Below, in pieces: positions 29,289 to 40,947 of a DNA stretch of 64,000 nucleotides (within the stretch, counting starts at the first letter, position 1; each line of letters opens with the position of its first letter). This DNA comes from Pseudomonadota bacterium (lineage in GTDB: Bacteria; Pseudomonadota; Alphaproteobacteria; Sphingomonadales; Sphingomonadaceae). Made by a program: the position numbers and the translations under genes. The DNA is taken from contig JBKPMC010000044.1 of NCBI GenBank assembly GCA_046731955.1, positions 26,157 to 90,156 on the forward strand, written 5' to 3'. The notes under the pieces are model-generated. The model was not told the origin of the DNA. It saw nothing but the letters and a program-made list of their open reading frames with translations, and ran no database searches.

Positions 29289-30575
29289 CTACGCCTTCTG
29301 CTGGACGTAAAGGAGCCAATATTTGGCGATTTCCGACCGAGCACCGGTGACGGCGTTGAGCGCCGCGGTCGCTCCGGCCTTATCCCCTGCGCGAGCCAAA
29401 GCCATGCCAATGTGCAAATTAGCCACATCCTTGTCGACGCCGGACTTGCCCATCGACATCTTATAGAGCTCGACCGCTTTGCCGTATTGGCCCATTGCAT
29501 AATAGCGATCGCCGATGCGGAGCAGCGCCATACCGCTCTGCGCCGTCTTCGTAGCCTCCGCGAGGTCCGCGGCTGTCGCCTTGGGCTTCGATTTGAGGCC
29601 CGCGATCGTGTCGCGAAACAGCGCGCTCGACGGATCAATCTGTTTTGCCGCGATGCCGGCGTCGATCACGGCCTGGGCTTCGTTGAAGTTGGACTGGTCA
29701 GCCGCCGCCGTCGCGAAAAGGTTGTAGTCCGCGGGTTGCGACAATGCCCCGGTCGCCTGCATGAGGCGGAGAAGGTCGAGGGTGCCCTCAACGTCGGGCT
29801 TGGAGACGTTCCGGTAGACGGCAATCGCATCGCGCCAGCTCTGCGGAGATGGATAGGCCGCGACCCATTGCCGGCCGAGCTCCGCGGCATTCGGCATCTT
29901 GGCGTCATAGGCAATGCCGAGTGTGCGCTTGTAGAGCGCTTCTTCCGGCTTTTGGCCGGCCGCCGTCCGCACCTGGATCGCGCGCTGGAACACCGTAATG
30001 GCGTCCTGTTTCCGCCCTTGGGCGAAACGCGTCTCGCCGAGGTTCAGCATAAGGTCGGTGTTGTTCGGCGCCGCGGCGAGGCCACGCTCGAAGGCTGCGG
30101 CGGCCGGGTCGTACTGCTTGGCGTTATAGTAGGTGCTGCCGAGCGCCATGTAGAGCTGACCGATGTTCGTGGCGTCTGCGTAACCCGAAGCGGCGACCGC
30201 ATCGATCGCTGACGCCATGGCGGTCGTGTCTTTCGTTGTAAGTGCGGCTTTGAGCTGCATCTGGGCGATGAGGTAGCGGTCCTCCTTGGTCGAGGCGACG
30301 GCCTGCGCCGCGGCGACCTTCGCGGGGATGTTCGCGGCGTCGTTGGCGTTAACGGCCTTCTGCAGCTCGACGATGGCCTTGAGCGCTTTTTGCGACGGCT
30401 TCACGCTGTTGGCGGGCTGCGCTTGCTCTTGCTGCGGCGGCTGCTGCTCCTGCGCATTGGTCTGGCGCGGCGGCTGCTGCTGGGGGGCCTGGGCGCCATA
30501 CTGGCTCATTTGCGCGGATGCCGAAGCTGCGGAAAGCCCGAGCACGAGCCCGAGCGCGGTGGTTGCAAGTTTCAT
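29289..30575 (-). CDS. Exported TPR protein
   Basis: GGGAGA RBS; signal peptide MKLATTALGLVLGLSAASASA; Q/P-rich linker; helical repeats. Confidence 0.85.
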   Translation of the reverse strand: MKLATTALGLVLGLSAASASAQMSQYGAQAPQQQPPRQTNAQEQQPPQQEQAQPANSVKPSQKALKAIVELQKAVNANDAANIPAKVAAAQAVASTKEDRYLIAQMQLKAALTTKDTTAMASAIDAVAASGYADATNIGQLYMALGSTYYNAKQYDPAAAAFERGLAAAPNNTDLMLNLGETRFAQGRKQDAITVFQRAIQVRTAAGQKPEEALYKRTLGIAYDAKMPNAAELGRQWVAAYPSPQSWRDAIAVYRNVSKPDVEGTLDLLRLMQATGALSQPADYNLFATAAADQSNFNEAQAVIDAGIAAKQIDPSSALFRDTIAGLKSKPKATAADLAEATKTAQSGMALLRIGDRYYAMGQYGKAVELYKMSMGKSGVDKDVANLHIGMALARAGDKAGATAALNAVTGARSEIAKYWLLYVQQKA

Positions 30576-30824
30576 GGTCTGGTCTCCCTGCCAGTATCTT
30601 GAAAGGATTGGAAAAGCTCGGGGCCGCCTTAATCCCGGGCGACGAGCGCGCCAAGTGCCATGGCTCCGATGGGCTGAACCCCGTTTGAACTGGTGAAATC
30701 GTCGCGCGCGCGTACGCGCACGTGCGCGGGGTGGTCTTCGAGCGTCCGACGCACTAGGTAGGGATTTGGGGGGACGGCATCCGCCGCAAACCCTCGCGTG
30801 CATCCCTAGCGACAGGACAATTTC

Positions 30825-33656
30825 TTGGCCACTCAGCCGCCGGTCGACGACCGCGACGATAATAACAGCCCACCTCCTCCGGGCGACCACGACATCGCAC
30901 CGATCTCGATCGTCGATGAGATGAAGACCAGCTACCTCGATTACGCGATGAGCGTGATCGTCGCTCGCGCTCTGCCTGACGTGCGCGACGGCCTGAAGCC
31001 GGTCCACCGCCGTATTCTCTTCGCCTGTCAGGAGGCCGGCTATGTCGCCGGTCGGCCCTACCGCAAGTCGAGCCGCATCGTCGGTGACGTCATGGGTAAG
31101 TATCACCCGCATGGCGACGCCGCGATCTACGATGCTCTCGCGCGCATGACGCAAAGCTGGTCGATGCGCGTGCCGCTGATCGACGGCCAGGGCAATTTCG
31201 GCTCGATGGACCCGGATCCGCCGGCGGCGATGCGCTACACGGAAGCGCGCCTCGCCAAGGTCGCCAATTTCCTCCTGGGCGACATCGACAAAGACACGGT
31301 CAACTTCCAGCCCAATTACGATGCGAGCGAGAGCGAGCCGCAGGTCCTGCCTGCGCGCTTCCCCAACCTGCTGGTGAATGGTGCGGGCGGAATCGCGGTC
31401 GGTATGGCGACCAACATCCCTCCGCATAACCTCGGCGAAGTGCTCGCCGCCTGCCGAGCCTACATCGACGATCCTGCAGTCAGCTCCGAAGCATTGATGG
31501 AGCATGTGAAGGGCCCCGACTTCCCGACGGGGGCCTTCATCCTTGGCCAGTCGGGCATTCGCAGCGCCTACACGACCGGGCGCGGATCGATCATGATGCG
31601 CTCGCGCTACACGATCGAGGAAGGCCGCGGCGACCGCCGCTCGGTGGTGCTCACCGAGATTCCCTACCAGGTCGGCAAGTCCGGCCTGGTCGAGAAGATC
31701 GCCGAAGCCGCCAAGGACAAGCGGATCGAGGGTGTCGCCGACATCCGCGACGAATCCAACCGACAGGGCGTGCGCATCGTCATCGACCTGAAGCGCGACG
31801 CCACGCCCGACGTCGTCCTCAACCAGCTTTGGCGGCACACCCCGGCGCAAACGAGCTTCCCGGCCAACATGCTCGCGATCCGGAGCGGGCGGCCTGAGAC
31901 GCTGACGCTGCGCGACTTCATCGAGGCGTTCATCCGCTTCCGCGAGGAAGTGATCACCCGACGCTCGAAGTTCGAACTGCTGAAAGCCCGCGAGCGGGCC
32001 CATATCCTGCTCGGCCTTGTCGTCGCGGTCACCAACCTCGACGAGGTGGTCAAGCTGATCCGCGGCTCCGCCTCTCCCGCCGAGGCACGCGAAAAGCTGC
32101 TCGCCCGAGAATGGCCTGGCGACCAGATCCGGCCCTATATTCAGCTGGTCGAGGCGGTCGAGCCCCAGGCCGCTGGCGAGACTTACAAGCTATCCGACGC
32201 GCAGGTGAAGGCGATCCTCGAGCTTCGCCTCCATCGCCTAACCGCGCTTGGCCGTGACGAGATCGGCCAGGAGTTGGAAGGCCTGGCCAAAAACATCAGC
32301 GAACTGCTTGAAATTCTGGCCAATCGCGCCCGCCTTTATGCGGTGATGCGTGAGGAGTTCGACGAGGTTGATGCCGAGTTCGCCACGCCGCGCGTAACCG
32401 AGCTTGCCGCGGCCGCCGAAGGCATTGAGGACGAGGACCTGATCGAGCGGGAGGACATGGTCGTGACCGTGACTCTTGCCGGCTACATCAAACGAACGCC
32501 CCTCTCCGTCTTCCGCGAGCAGAAACGCGGCGGCAAGGGCCGTGCCGGAATGGCGACCAAGGAAGAGGATGCGGTCACCAACCTGTTCGTCACCTCGACC
32601 CATAATCCGGTGCTGTTCTTCTCGAACCTTGGACGCGTCTACCGAATGAAGGTTTGGCGTCTCCCCGAAGGCGGGCCGAACACGCGCGGTCGACCGATGG
32701 TCAATCTTTTGCCGCTGGCGGAGGGCGAGACTATCTCGACCGTCCTCCCGCTGCCGGAGGACGAGGCCGAATGGGGCGGACTGCACATCATGTTCGCCAC
32801 TGCGCACGGCACCGTCCGGCGCAATAGCATGGCCGCTTTCACCAACGTGCCTACCGCCGGCAAGATCGCGATGCGCTTTGGGACCGGGGCTGCCGAGGAA
32901 GCAGAGAACGACGACGACGGCGACGAGCAGGCGGATCCGACCGACCGGCTGATCGGGGTCGAGCTTCTGACGGAAGAGGACGACGTTCTGCTCGCCACGC
33001 GCAACGGCAAGGCGATCCGCTTCAGGGCTACCGATGTGCGCGAATTCCAGTCGCGCACATCGACGGGCGTGCGCGGAGTCCGCCTCCAGCCCGGCGACCA
33101 GGTCATTTCCATGTCGATCCTGCATCGCGTCGGCACGGACCAGGAGGAGCGCGAGGCCTACTTGCGATTTGCCCCGTGGAAGGGCGAGAAGGACGGCGAA
33201 TGCTCGCTCTCGCAGGAGCGGATCGCCGAGCTCGCCGACAAGGAGCAGTTCATTCTGACCTTGACCGAGAATGGCTATGGCAAGCGTTCCTCGGCCTATG
33301 AATACCGACGCACCAACCGCGGCGGGCAGGGCATCACCAATATCGACACGTCCGAACGCAACGGCTGCGCGGTGGCGAGCTTCCCCGCCCATCAAGGCGA
33401 ACAGCTGATGCTGGTCACCGACCAGGGCAAGATGATCCGCACCACAGTCGGGGACATCCGGGTGATGGGCCGCAACACCCAGGGCGTGACCATCTTCCGC
33501 GTCGGCGAGAACGAGCATGTCGTGAGCGTCGCCAAGATCGATGAAAGCGACGAGGAGGAAATCGAGGTTGAGGGCGGCGATGAGTTCGCGCCGGAAGAGG
33601 GAGCAACCGTCGGCGAGAGCGAACTCGACAAGCCGGCCGATCCGGAACAGGATTAG
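30825..33656 (+). CDS. gyrA: DNA gyrase subunit A
   Basis: [35 protein letters not shown] (catalytic Tyr), GyrA-box QKRGGKG. Confidence 0.98.
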   Translation: MATQPPVDDRDDNNSPPPPGDHDIAPISIVDEMKTSYLDYAMSVIVARALPDVRDGLKPVHRRILFACQEAGYVAGRPYRKSSRIVGDVMGKYHPHGDAAIYDALARMTQSWSMRVPLIDGQGNFGSMDPDPPAAMRYTEARLAKVANFLLGDIDKDTVNFQPNYDASESEPQVLPARFPNLLVNGAGGIAVGMATNIPPHNLGEVLAACRAYIDDPAVSSEALMEHVKGPDFPTGAFILGQSGIRSAYTTGRGSIMMRSRYTIEEGRGDRRSVVLTEIPYQVGKSGLVEKIAEAAKDKRIEGVADIRDESNRQGVRIVIDLKRDATPDVVLNQLWRHTPAQTSFPANMLAIRSGRPETLTLRDFIEAFIRFREEVITRRSKFELLKARERAHILLGLVVAVTNLDEVVKLIRGSASPAEAREKLLAREWPGDQIRPYIQLVEAVEPQAAGETYKLSDAQVKAILELRLHRLTALGRDEIGQELEGLAKNISELLEILANRARLYAVMREEFDEVDAEFATPRVTELAAAAEGIEDEDLIEREDMVVTVTLAGYIKRTPLSVFREQKRGGKGRAGMATKEEDAVTNLFVTSTHNPVLFFSNLGRVYRMKVWRLPEGGPNTRGRPMVNLLPLAEGETISTVLPLPEDEAEWGGLHIMFATAHGTVRRNSMAAFTNVPTAGKIAMRFGTGAAEEAENDDDGDEQADPTDRLIGVELLTEEDDVLLATRNGKAIRFRATDVREFQSRTSTGVRGVRLQPGDQVISMSILHRVGTDQEEREAYLRFAPWKGEKDGECSLSQERIAELADKEQFILTLTENGYGKRSSAYEYRRTNRGGQGITNIDTSERNGCAVASFPAHQGEQLMLVTDQGKMIRTTVGDIRVMGRNTQGVTIFRVGENEHVVSVAKIDESDEEEIEVEGGDEFAPEEGATVGESELDKPADPEQD

Positions 33657-33772
33657 GGGTAAGTCCCAGTTCGATCCTCAGCTGGAATCCGTCTTGCGTT
33701 GCAGCACGAAGAGTCGAAGAAGAGGGGTGTGCCGAGTCAAGCCCGGCATAACGAATCTCGCGACGAGCCGCC

Positions 33773-33798
33773 GCAACCGGCCCGCCAGGGTTCGCGTT
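33773..33798 (+). promoter_or_regulatory. Putative sigma-EcfG promoter
   Basis: GCAAC-N17-CGTT upstream of the host-attachment gene. Confidence 0.6.
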
Positions 33799-33831
33799 CT
33801 CCTAGGCAGGTTTGATTAGGAGGAAACGTCC

Positions 33832-34296
33832 ATGCCACTTCCCCACAATGCGCTGGTTCTGGTCGCCGATGGCCGCAAGATGCTGTTCTTCCGCAATCAT
33901 GGGGATGAAAATCAAATCGACCTCCGGACCGAGACGCACGACGCGCGGAAGCAACGCAAGGACCGCGAGATCAAGACCGACGCGCCGGGCATGACTCGCC
34001 AGAGTTTCGGCTATGGGCGCTCCACCTACGAGGAAGCCGACTTCAAGCAGCAGGAAGAGGACCGCTGGATCAAGGACGCGGCCGAGGAATTGAAGGCGCG
34101 CGTGCTTCGCAACGATTTCGACTCGGTTGCGATCGTTGCCCCTCCCAGAGCGCTCGGCGTGCTCAAGAAGTGCCTCCATAAGGAAGTTGCTCGGCGCATT
34201 GTCTGCACCGTCAACAAGGAGATGAGTGGGCGCCCGGTGCCGGACATCGAGGCCCTGCTCAACGGCCACACCCGGACCGAATTGCCGGCTGCTTGA
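33832..34296 (+). CDS. Host attachment protein (baeRF12/AtsE-like)
   Basis: VLVADGRKMLFFRN, IVAPPRALG; AGGAGG RBS. Confidence 0.87.
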   Translation: MPLPHNALVLVADGRKMLFFRNHGDENQIDLRTETHDARKQRKDREIKTDAPGMTRQSFGYGRSTYEEADFKQQEEDRWIKDAAEELKARVLRNDFDSVAIVAPPRALGVLKKCLHKEVARRIVCTVNKEMSGRPVPDIEALLNGHTRTELPAA

Positions 34297-34340
34297 AAAG
34301 GAAGGCCCGGCCGCTGCCAGTGGCCGGGTCCCTCCTCCTT
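34297..34340. terminator. Terminator between convergent genes
   Basis: CCCGGCC / GGCCGGG stem with flanking AAAAGGAAGG and CCTCCTT. Confidence 0.6.
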
Positions 34341-34349
34341 CGGCGATCT

Positions 34350-34937
34350 TTACCCGCGCTCACCCGGTCGTTTGACCGGTGGCGGAGGCGGCGATGGTGG
34401 TGGCGCGACCTGCAGCGCCTGAGCCCGTTGCAGGTGCATCTGCATGGTTGGGATTGCTTGCGATGCGGCGGTCTTGAGGGCCGGGACATCCCCGCTCGCG
34501 GCATAGTTCTGGAACATGCCTATGGCCTGCTGGTGACCGCTGACCTGTGCCTGCTGATAGGCCATGTCGAAGCTTGGGCCGGTTCCGGCAGCGCGTAGCT
34601 GGTCCAGTCCGGCCTGCTGCTCCGGAAGCAGGGTGGGCGCTGGCGGAGTGAGGCCCGCCGAGGTCGCCGCCGCGTCGATCGCCTGGCCGAGGCGCGTGTG
34701 GTCGGCGATCATCAAGTTTGCGAAGTCACGCACAGCCGTATTTTGCGACGCCTGGAGAGCGAGCTGGCTCGACTGGATCTCAAACTGGTTCGCGCTCACA
34801 GCGTGGGTCAGGAAGCCGGGCGCCAGCAGCAGGTTATTGAGGTCGACCGGCGGCGGAGCCGGCGGCTCGGGCGGAGGCTTCGTTTCACAGGCGGCAAGGA
34901 GAGCTGCGCCGCCAAGGAGAATCGCCAGTTTCCTCAT
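34350..34937 (-). CDS. DUF4142 domain lipoprotein with Pro-rich GERG tail
   Basis: Lipobox LAAC; NQFEIQSSQLA, FANLMIADH, FDMAYQQAQVSGH, HLQRAQAL. Confidence 0.88.
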   Translation of the reverse strand: MRKLAILLGGAALLAACETKPPPEPPAPPPVDLNNLLLAPGFLTHAVSANQFEIQSSQLALQASQNTAVRDFANLMIADHTRLGQAIDAAATSAGLTPPAPTLLPEQQAGLDQLRAAGTGPSFDMAYQQAQVSGHQQAIGMFQNYAASGDVPALKTAASQAIPTMQMHLQRAQALQVAPPPSPPPPPVKRPGERG

Positions 34938-34973
34938 CGAGGCTTCTCCCATTTTGTGATTTGTGCAGTGGGA

Positions 34974-34998
34974 AACCTGCCAGTGCCAGTCCGGTTCC
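34974..34998 (-). promoter_or_regulatory. Putative sigma-EcfG promoter
   Basis: GGAAC-N16-GGTT on the minus strand, upstream of the DUF4142 gene. Confidence 0.65.
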
Positions 34999-35018
34999 TA
35001 CGGCTATTCCGATGAATG

Positions 35019-35450
35019 TCAGGCGTAGAGGTGGACGACCTCGGCATCAGGAGCGACAGCTTCGAGTAGCAAGGTTCGGTGGCAATGCGCCGGATCGCGC
35101 TCCATGCACAGCAGCGCGCTTGAATTCTCTCTCGCCAACTCGAGCATCTGCGCGGATTGCGCCATCGCCTCGGGCAACTCCAGCTGACCGGCATAGATGC
35201 GCTTCAGATCTTCGTGCCGCCCTGCCCGCGCCGCGCTTCGGCCCGCCGGCGGCGTGCCGAGCGCTTTGAGATGGACGTAGCCGATGCCTGCCTCTTCCAG
35301 CGCCGCGCGAAGCGGCGATTTGGAAAAGCCGGGCCGTCGCGACAGGGGAAGCGCGCGAACATCGATCACCCGCTCGACGCGCGCATGCTTTAGAGCCGCA
35401 ATGAATTCAGGAACTGTGGTGCCTTCATAGCCGATGGTGAAGATGCGCAT
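35019..35450 (-). CDS. DUF488 family protein
   Basis: IFTIGYEG, IDVRALPLSRRPGFSK, LLCMERDPAHCHR. Confidence 0.88.
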   Translation of the reverse strand: MRIFTIGYEGTTVPEFIAALKHARVERVIDVRALPLSRRPGFSKSPLRAALEEAGIGYVHLKALGTPPAGRSAARAGRHEDLKRIYAGQLELPEAMAQSAQMLELARENSSALLCMERDPAHCHRTLLLEAVAPDAEVVHLYA

Positions 35451-35454
35451 GCTT

Positions 35455-35844
35455 TCACTCCGGCTTGTGACAGACCGCCTCGATGTTCATTCCGTCGGGG
35501 TCGAATACGAACGCTGCATAATAGTCGGGATGATAATGTGGCCTCAGGCCAGGGCCTCCGTTGTCTTGGCCGCCTGCGTCGATCGCGGCACGGTAAAATG
35601 AATCGACGTCAGCACGCGTCTCGGCGACGAAGGCGACGTGGGTGCCCTCACCGACCCGCTCATTGTCACCGATCCAGAAGTAGGGCTTGCCGTCCGACCC
35701 GAAGCCGTGCGCGGCGCCTCCGGCTTCGGTCTTTTCGGCGGGGACGCTCATGATCAGACTGATCCCGAGCGGGGCCAGCGCCTGCTCGTAAAAGCGCCGC
35801 GAGCACTCGGCATCGGCAACGGCGAAACCGACATGATCAATCAT
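35455..35844 (-). CDS. VOC/glyoxalase family protein
   Basis: [36 protein letters not shown]. Confidence 0.92.
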   Translation of the reverse strand: MIDHVGFAVADAECSRRFYEQALAPLGISLIMSVPAEKTEAGGAAHGFGSDGKPYFWIGDNERVGEGTHVAFVAETRADVDSFYRAAIDAGGQDNGGPGLRPHYHPDYYAAFVFDPDGMNIEAVCHKPE

Positions 35845-35885
35845 ACGCTTCCTCCTTTTGCCCGGGCGCTCTAGTGCGGCCCGCG

Positions 35886-37217
35886 ATGCAGTTCCACATC
35901 CACATCGTCGGCGGCGGGCTCGCTGGAAGTGAAGCTGCCTGGCAGCTTGCCGAAGCGGGTTTTCGAGTGCGACTCAGCGAAATGCGCGGCGGCGTCGATA
36001 TGACCCCGGCGCACGAGACCGACCGCCTTGCGGAGATGGTCTGCTCGAACAGCTTCCGATCCGACGATGCCGAGCACAATGCCGTCGGCCTGCTCCACCA
36101 GGAGATGCGCGCGCTGGGCTCGCTGATCCTGCGTGCGGGCGACAAGCATCGCGTTCCGGCCGGATCGGCATTGGCAGTCGACCGGACCGGCTTTGCTGCC
36201 GAGGTCACGCGCGCGATCGAAGAGCACCCTCGCATCAACGTCGTCCGCGAACGCATCGACGCCCTGCCGGATCATCCCACGATCATCGCCACCGGGCCGT
36301 TGACCGGCTCGAAGCTCGCCGAGTCCGTCGCCGCCGAAACCGGCGAAGGAGCCCTCGCCTTCTTCGATGCGATCGCTCCGATCGTTCACCGCGACAGCGT
36401 CGACATGGACGTCGCCTGGATGGCTGCGCGCTGGGACAAGGGGGGAAAGGACTACATCAATTGCCCGCTCGACAAGCCACAATATGAAGACTTCATCGCC
36501 GCGCTCATTGCCGGCGAGAAGATGCCGTTCCACGATTGGGAGAAGGACACGCCCTATTTCGAGGGCTGCATGCCGGTCGAGGTGATGGCTGAGCGAGGCC
36601 CCGAGACCCTGCGCCACGGCCCGATGAAGCCGATGGGCCTCGACGACCCGCGCACTGGGCGTTGGCCTTATGCTGTCGTCCAGCTGAGGCAGGACAATGC
36701 GCTCGGCACGCTCTGGAACATGGTCGGCTTTCAGACCAAGCTGAAGCACGGCGAGCAGGTACGCATCTTCCGCTCGATCCCGGGCCTCGAAAATGCCGAA
36801 TTCGCCCGGCTTGGGGGTATCCATCGCAACAGCTTCATCAATTCTCCCAGGCTGTTGGACAGCGAACTTCGGTTGAAATCGAAGTCTAACATCCGCTTCG
36901 CCGGCCAGATCACCGGCTGCGAGGGCTATGTCGAAAGCGCCGCAGTCGGGATCCTCGCCGCGCGCTTCGCGGCTGCAGAGCTGCGCGGTGAGAGCTTGTC
37001 TCCTCCACCGGCCGAGACGGCGTTCGGCGCTCTGCTCAGCCACATCACGGGCGGCGCGAACGCCGAGACCTTCCAGCCGATGAACGTCAATTTCGGCCTG
37101 ATGCCGCCGGTGGCGGGCCGCTGGAAGCGCGCCGACCGGAAAAAGGCTTACACTGACCGCGCCCGGGCGGCGCTCGCTGTGTGGCTCGAAGAGCAGCGCG
37201 CTCCAGCATTAGCCTAG
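35886..37217 (+). CDS. trmFO: Folate/FAD-dependent tRNA m5U54 methyltransferase
   Basis: [51 protein letters not shown]. Confidence 0.97.
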   Translation: MQFHIHIVGGGLAGSEAAWQLAEAGFRVRLSEMRGGVDMTPAHETDRLAEMVCSNSFRSDDAEHNAVGLLHQEMRALGSLILRAGDKHRVPAGSALAVDRTGFAAEVTRAIEEHPRINVVRERIDALPDHPTIIATGPLTGSKLAESVAAETGEGALAFFDAIAPIVHRDSVDMDVAWMAARWDKGGKDYINCPLDKPQYEDFIAALIAGEKMPFHDWEKDTPYFEGCMPVEVMAERGPETLRHGPMKPMGLDDPRTGRWPYAVVQLRQDNALGTLWNMVGFQTKLKHGEQVRIFRSIPGLENAEFARLGGIHRNSFINSPRLLDSELRLKSKSNIRFAGQITGCEGYVESAAVGILAARFAAAELRGESLSPPPAETAFGALLSHITGGANAETFQPMNVNFGLMPPVAGRWKRADRKKAYTDRARAALAVWLEEQRAPALA

Positions 37218-37648
37218 CAGCTGCACTTCTTTGGTTTCGGAGGCGGCGGGGCGGTCGTGGCATATTCTGCCGGCGTCAGCCACCCGGAGCGGTCGCGGTC
37301 GGCGCCTTTGAACTTGTCGATCGACTTGACCGCCCACTCTTCGAATGACAGCGCGCCGTTCCCGTTCACGTCGAGCTTCGCGAACGCCTTTCGCCTCGGC
37401 CCTAGCACTTCCGCGGACTCGATTCGCCCGTCCTTGTCGCGGTCGGCGCGGCTGAATCGTTTCTCCTCGCGGTTCTTGGGACCTGCCTCGGGAGCTTCGA
37501 GCGGAGAGGTAGACATCGTTGGGCCGGCGGCGCGCGGCGGGGGCGCCGATGGCAATGTCGGACTTTGCTGGGCATGGGACTGCCAGAGCAGGAATGCGCC
37601 GGTGAGAAGCAGAAAACATGCCGCGGCCCCGGCGAGGAATCGTGCCAT
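37214..37648 (-). CDS. Membrane-anchored EF-hand protein
   Basis: N-terminal TM; [36 protein letters not shown]. Confidence 0.82.
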   Translation of the reverse strand: MARFLAGAAACFLLLTGAFLLWQSHAQQSPTLPSAPPPRAAGPTMSTSPLEAPEAGPKNREEKRFSRADRDKDGRIESAEVLGPRRKAFAKLDVNGNGALSFEEWAVKSIDKFKGADRDRSGWLTPAEYATTAPPPPKPKKCSC

Positions 37649-37712
37649 CGGCACCTCCTGAACATCGGAGATTCGGCAGTGCCATGCTCCGAAGCGGAGC
37701 GGCTTCTGTCAA

Positions 37713-38381
37713 CTATGGTCGGGGTAGTCGCCCGATCAGGCGATGCGACAGCAACGCGGCCGCACGGCCCGGCGTCCCCTCCGCCTCGAACGGCTCGCCG
37801 CGCCTCACATCTCGGATTGCGAGGGCCGCAAGCACCGACAACGGGCGGAGCGCGGAGGGAAACCCGGTCCCGCCCAGCCCTCGCGCGAACGTCCGCGCCT
37901 GTTCAATCAGGGTGACGCGGGAATCGGAGTCGCTACAGTGCCGCGCGGCATCAACCAATGCCCACAGACCCCCCGCCGCCTGGATGCGCTCGTCGGGCTG
38001 ACCAAGTATCCTCGCACCGAGGCCGAACAACAAATTGCCACGAAACCAGATCGCTTCGCTCGTCTCGATCGTCCACGGGAACGGGTCGAACAGGCGGAGC
38101 CACCCGCCTTCGAGCGCTGCGAGATCCGTCCCTGTCACTCCCCGCGGCACAAGCTCGCGCTCGACCGCCTGTAGCCGCGGCTCGGGCGGCGCAGGCACGC
38201 CGGCGTCGATTTCCTCGAGCCGCTCGCGCCACCAGGCGAGGCGGATCGGGCCAAGCATGGGCTCACGCGTGGTGCGCACGACATCGCCCATCGCGGCGTC
38301 GATGACGAAGAGCGCTGAAAGCGGGCCTCGGTCCGGGGCGGGGACATAGCTCAGCGCCAGCGCCCGGTCGGCGCCGAGCAA
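37713..38381 (-). CDS. Squalene/phytoene synthase-fold protein (NDUFAF6-like)
   Basis: DRALALSY...ALF...EPMLGPIRLAWWRE. Confidence 0.75.
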   Translation of the reverse strand: MLGADRALALSYVPAPDRGPLSALFVIDAAMGDVVRTTREPMLGPIRLAWWRERLEEIDAGVPAPPEPRLQAVERELVPRGVTGTDLAALEGGWLRLFDPFPWTIETSEAIWFRGNLLFGLGARILGQPDERIQAAGGLWALVDAARHCSDSDSRVTLIEQARTFARGLGGTGFPSALRPLSVLAALAIRDVRRGEPFEAEGTPGRAAALLSHRLIGRLPRP

Positions 38382-38385
38382 AGGG

Positions 38386-39831
38386 TCAGCGATAGGTGAC
38401 CGCCTTCACCGCCTCGACCACCTCCGACGCCTTGATAAGCGCCATCTTCTCGAGGTTCGCGGCATATGGCAGCGGAACGTCGACGTCGGTCACGCGCAGC
38501 ACGGGCGCATCGAGATCATCGAAGCCTTCGGTCATGGCGATGGCGATGATTTCCGAGCTGATCGAGCAGACCGGCCAGCCTTCCTCGACCACCACCATAC
38601 GGTTGGTACGCTTTAGGCTCTCGAGCACGGTCGCCTTGTCGAGAGGGCGAAGGGTCCGGAGGTCGATCACCTCGGCGTTGATCCCCTGCCCCATCAGTTC
38701 CTGCGCGGCTTCAAGCGCCACCCCGACCCCGATCGAATAAGTGACGATCGTCACATCCTTGCCCGGCCGGACGATCCGCGCCTTCCCGATCGGCAGGACG
38801 TAATCGTCGAGCTGGGGAACATCGAAATGCTGGCCGTAGAGCAGTTCGTTCTCAAGGAATACGACAGGGTCATCGGTGCGGATCGCCGCCTTCAGCAGGC
38901 CCTTCGCATCGGCCGCGCTGTACGGGCAGATCACCACCAGCCCCGGGACATGCGCGTACCAGCTGCCATAATTCTGGCTGTGCTGGGCGGCAACGCGAGC
39001 CGCGGCGCCGTTCGGCCCGCGGAACACGATCGGGCAGCGCATCTGCCCGCCCGACATGTAATTGGTCTTCGCGGCAGAATTGATGACGTGGTCGATAGCC
39101 TGCATCGCGAAGTTGAAGGTCATGAACTCGACGATTGGACGTAGCCCGCCCATCGCGGCGCCAACGCCGACACCGGCGAATCCATATTCCGTTATCGGCG
39201 TATCGACGACGCGCTTGGGCCCGAACTCCTGCAGGAGGTTCTGCGTGACCTTGTAGGCGCCCTGATATTCGGCGACCTCCTCGCCCATTACGAACACGCG
39301 CTCGTCCTTGCGCATCTCCTCGGCCATCGCGTCGCGCAGCGCTTCGCGCACCGTCATAGTGACCAGCGGAGTGCCTTCCGGCACTTCAGGCTCGTCGCGC
39401 GTGGCCGCAACATCAGCGACGAGATCGCGCGCCGCGGTCTCGAACACGTGCGGAGTCGGCAGTGCCTCGGCTTGCTGGGCTGCCGGTATCTCAATCTCCG
39501 GATCCTTGGCCTCTTCCGGCTCCGGTCGAGCTTCCGGTTCAGCCTTCGGTGCCGCGGATGACGGAGCGGCTCCCCCGTTCACTTGCTCGCCATCGGCGGC
39601 CAGGAGCGCAATCGGCTGTCCGACCTTCACCCCGTCCGTCCCCTCGGGCACTAGGATCTTCGCAATCTTCCCTTCGTCGACCGCCTCGAACTCCATGGTC
39701 GCCTTGTCCGTCTCGATTTCGGCAAGAATGTCGCCGGATTTGACCTCATCGCCCTCCTTGACGAGCCATTTGGCGAGCGTCCCCTCCTCCATGGTCGGCG
39801 ACAAAGCCGGCATCTTTAGCTCGGTGGGCAT
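38386..39831 (-). CDS. pdhB: Pyruvate dehydrogenase E1 beta subunit with N-terminal lipoyl domain
   Basis: [11 protein letters not shown]...[28 protein letters not shown]. Confidence 0.97.
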   Translation of the reverse strand: MPTELKMPALSPTMEEGTLAKWLVKEGDEVKSGDILAEIETDKATMEFEAVDEGKIAKILVPEGTDGVKVGQPIALLAADGEQVNGGAAPSSAAPKAEPEARPEPEEAKDPEIEIPAAQQAEALPTPHVFETAARDLVADVAATRDEPEVPEGTPLVTMTVREALRDAMAEEMRKDERVFVMGEEVAEYQGAYKVTQNLLQEFGPKRVVDTPITEYGFAGVGVGAAMGGLRPIVEFMTFNFAMQAIDHVINSAAKTNYMSGGQMRCPIVFRGPNGAAARVAAQHSQNYGSWYAHVPGLVVICPYSAADAKGLLKAAIRTDDPVVFLENELLYGQHFDVPQLDDYVLPIGKARIVRPGKDVTIVTYSIGVGVALEAAQELMGQGINAEVIDLRTLRPLDKATVLESLKRTNRMVVVEEGWPVCSISSEIIAIAMTEGFDDLDAPVLRVTDVDVPLPYAANLEKMALIKASEVVEAVKAVTYR

Positions 39832-40883
39832 CAGTAGCTTCCCACCAGGACGTCGGTGTAGAGCTCCTTGGGATCCGGTTCCGGCGCCTCCTCAGCGAAC
39901 TTCGCAGCTCCGACGACGATGTCCTTGATCTCCTTGTCGATGGCCTTGAGTTCCTCTTCCTTCACTCCCATCGCTTCGAGGTCGCGCTCTGCATGCATGA
40001 TCGGGTCGCGGTGCTCACGCACGTCCTGCACCTCCTCGCGCGTCCGGTAGCGCGCCGGGTCGGACATGGAATGGCCGCGGTAGCGATAGGTGTTGAATTC
40101 GAAGATGATCGGCCCCTTTCCGCCTCTTACCCAGTCGAGCGCGACCTTCGCAGCGCCGTGAACCGCAAGCACGTCCATCCCGTCGACCGCCACGCCCGGG
40201 ATCCGGAAGCTTTCGCCGCGACGACAGAGCAAGGGCTCCGAGTGCGAGCGCGCGACGCTCGTCCCCATCGCATATTGGTTGTTCTCGATCGCGTAGATGA
40301 TGGGCAGGTTCCACAGCTTGGCCATGTTGAAGGCCTCGTAGACCTGACCCTGGTTGACCGCGCCGTCGCCCATGTAGGTGAGGCACACGCCCCCGTCCCC
40401 GTTATATTTGTGCTTGAACGCCAGGCCTGTGCCGAGCGGAACCATCGCGCCGACGATGCCGTGGCCGCCGTAAAAGCCGTGCTCGACGCTGAACATGTGC
40501 ATCGATCCGCCCTTGCCGTGTGAAATGCCGGCGAAGCGCCCGGTGAGCTCGGCCATGATCACCTTCGGGTCGATCCCGTAAGCCAGCATGTGGCCGTGAT
40601 CGCGATAGCCGGTAATCACGCTGTCCTTGCCGACGGTCATTGCCGATTGCAGGCCGACCGCGACTGCTTCCTGGCCGATGTAGAGGTGGCAGAAGCCGCC
40701 GATCAGGCCGAGCCCGTAGAGCTGGCCTGCCCGCTCCTCGAAGCGGCGGATGAGCAGCATTTCGCGGTAGAGTTTTAGCAGCTCGTCCTTGCCCGCCTTG
40801 TAGCGCTCGACCTTCGGCGACCGCTCGATCTGTGATGCGGACCGGGATGGGGAAACGGCGGCTTTCTTCGCGGAACGCGCCAC
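39831..40883 (-). CDS. pdhA: Pyruvate dehydrogenase E1 alpha subunit
   Basis: [14 protein letters not shown] motif GDGAVNQG...[14 protein letters not shown]. Confidence 0.97.
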   Translation of the reverse strand: MARSAKKAAVSPSRSASQIERSPKVERYKAGKDELLKLYREMLLIRRFEERAGQLYGLGLIGGFCHLYIGQEAVAVGLQSAMTVGKDSVITGYRDHGHMLAYGIDPKVIMAELTGRFAGISHGKGGSMHMFSVEHGFYGGHGIVGAMVPLGTGLAFKHKYNGDGGVCLTYMGDGAVNQGQVYEAFNMAKLWNLPIIYAIENNQYAMGTSVARSHSEPLLCRRGESFRIPGVAVDGMDVLAVHGAAKVALDWVRGGKGPIIFEFNTYRYRGHSMSDPARYRTREEVQDVREHRDPIMHAERDLEAMGVKEEELKAIDKEIKDIVVGAAKFAEEAPEPDPKELYTDVLVGSY

Positions 40884-40947
40884 GTGCGGACTTTCTCGTT
40901 AGGCTAGGCGGGCGGGTCTATAGGAGCGACGTGCCGCGCGAGGCAAG

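Noticed and set aside
30576-32003. N-terminal extension making the TPR ORF 904 aa
   Set aside because: Overlaps gyrA antisense. The RBS and signal peptide place the real start at 30575.
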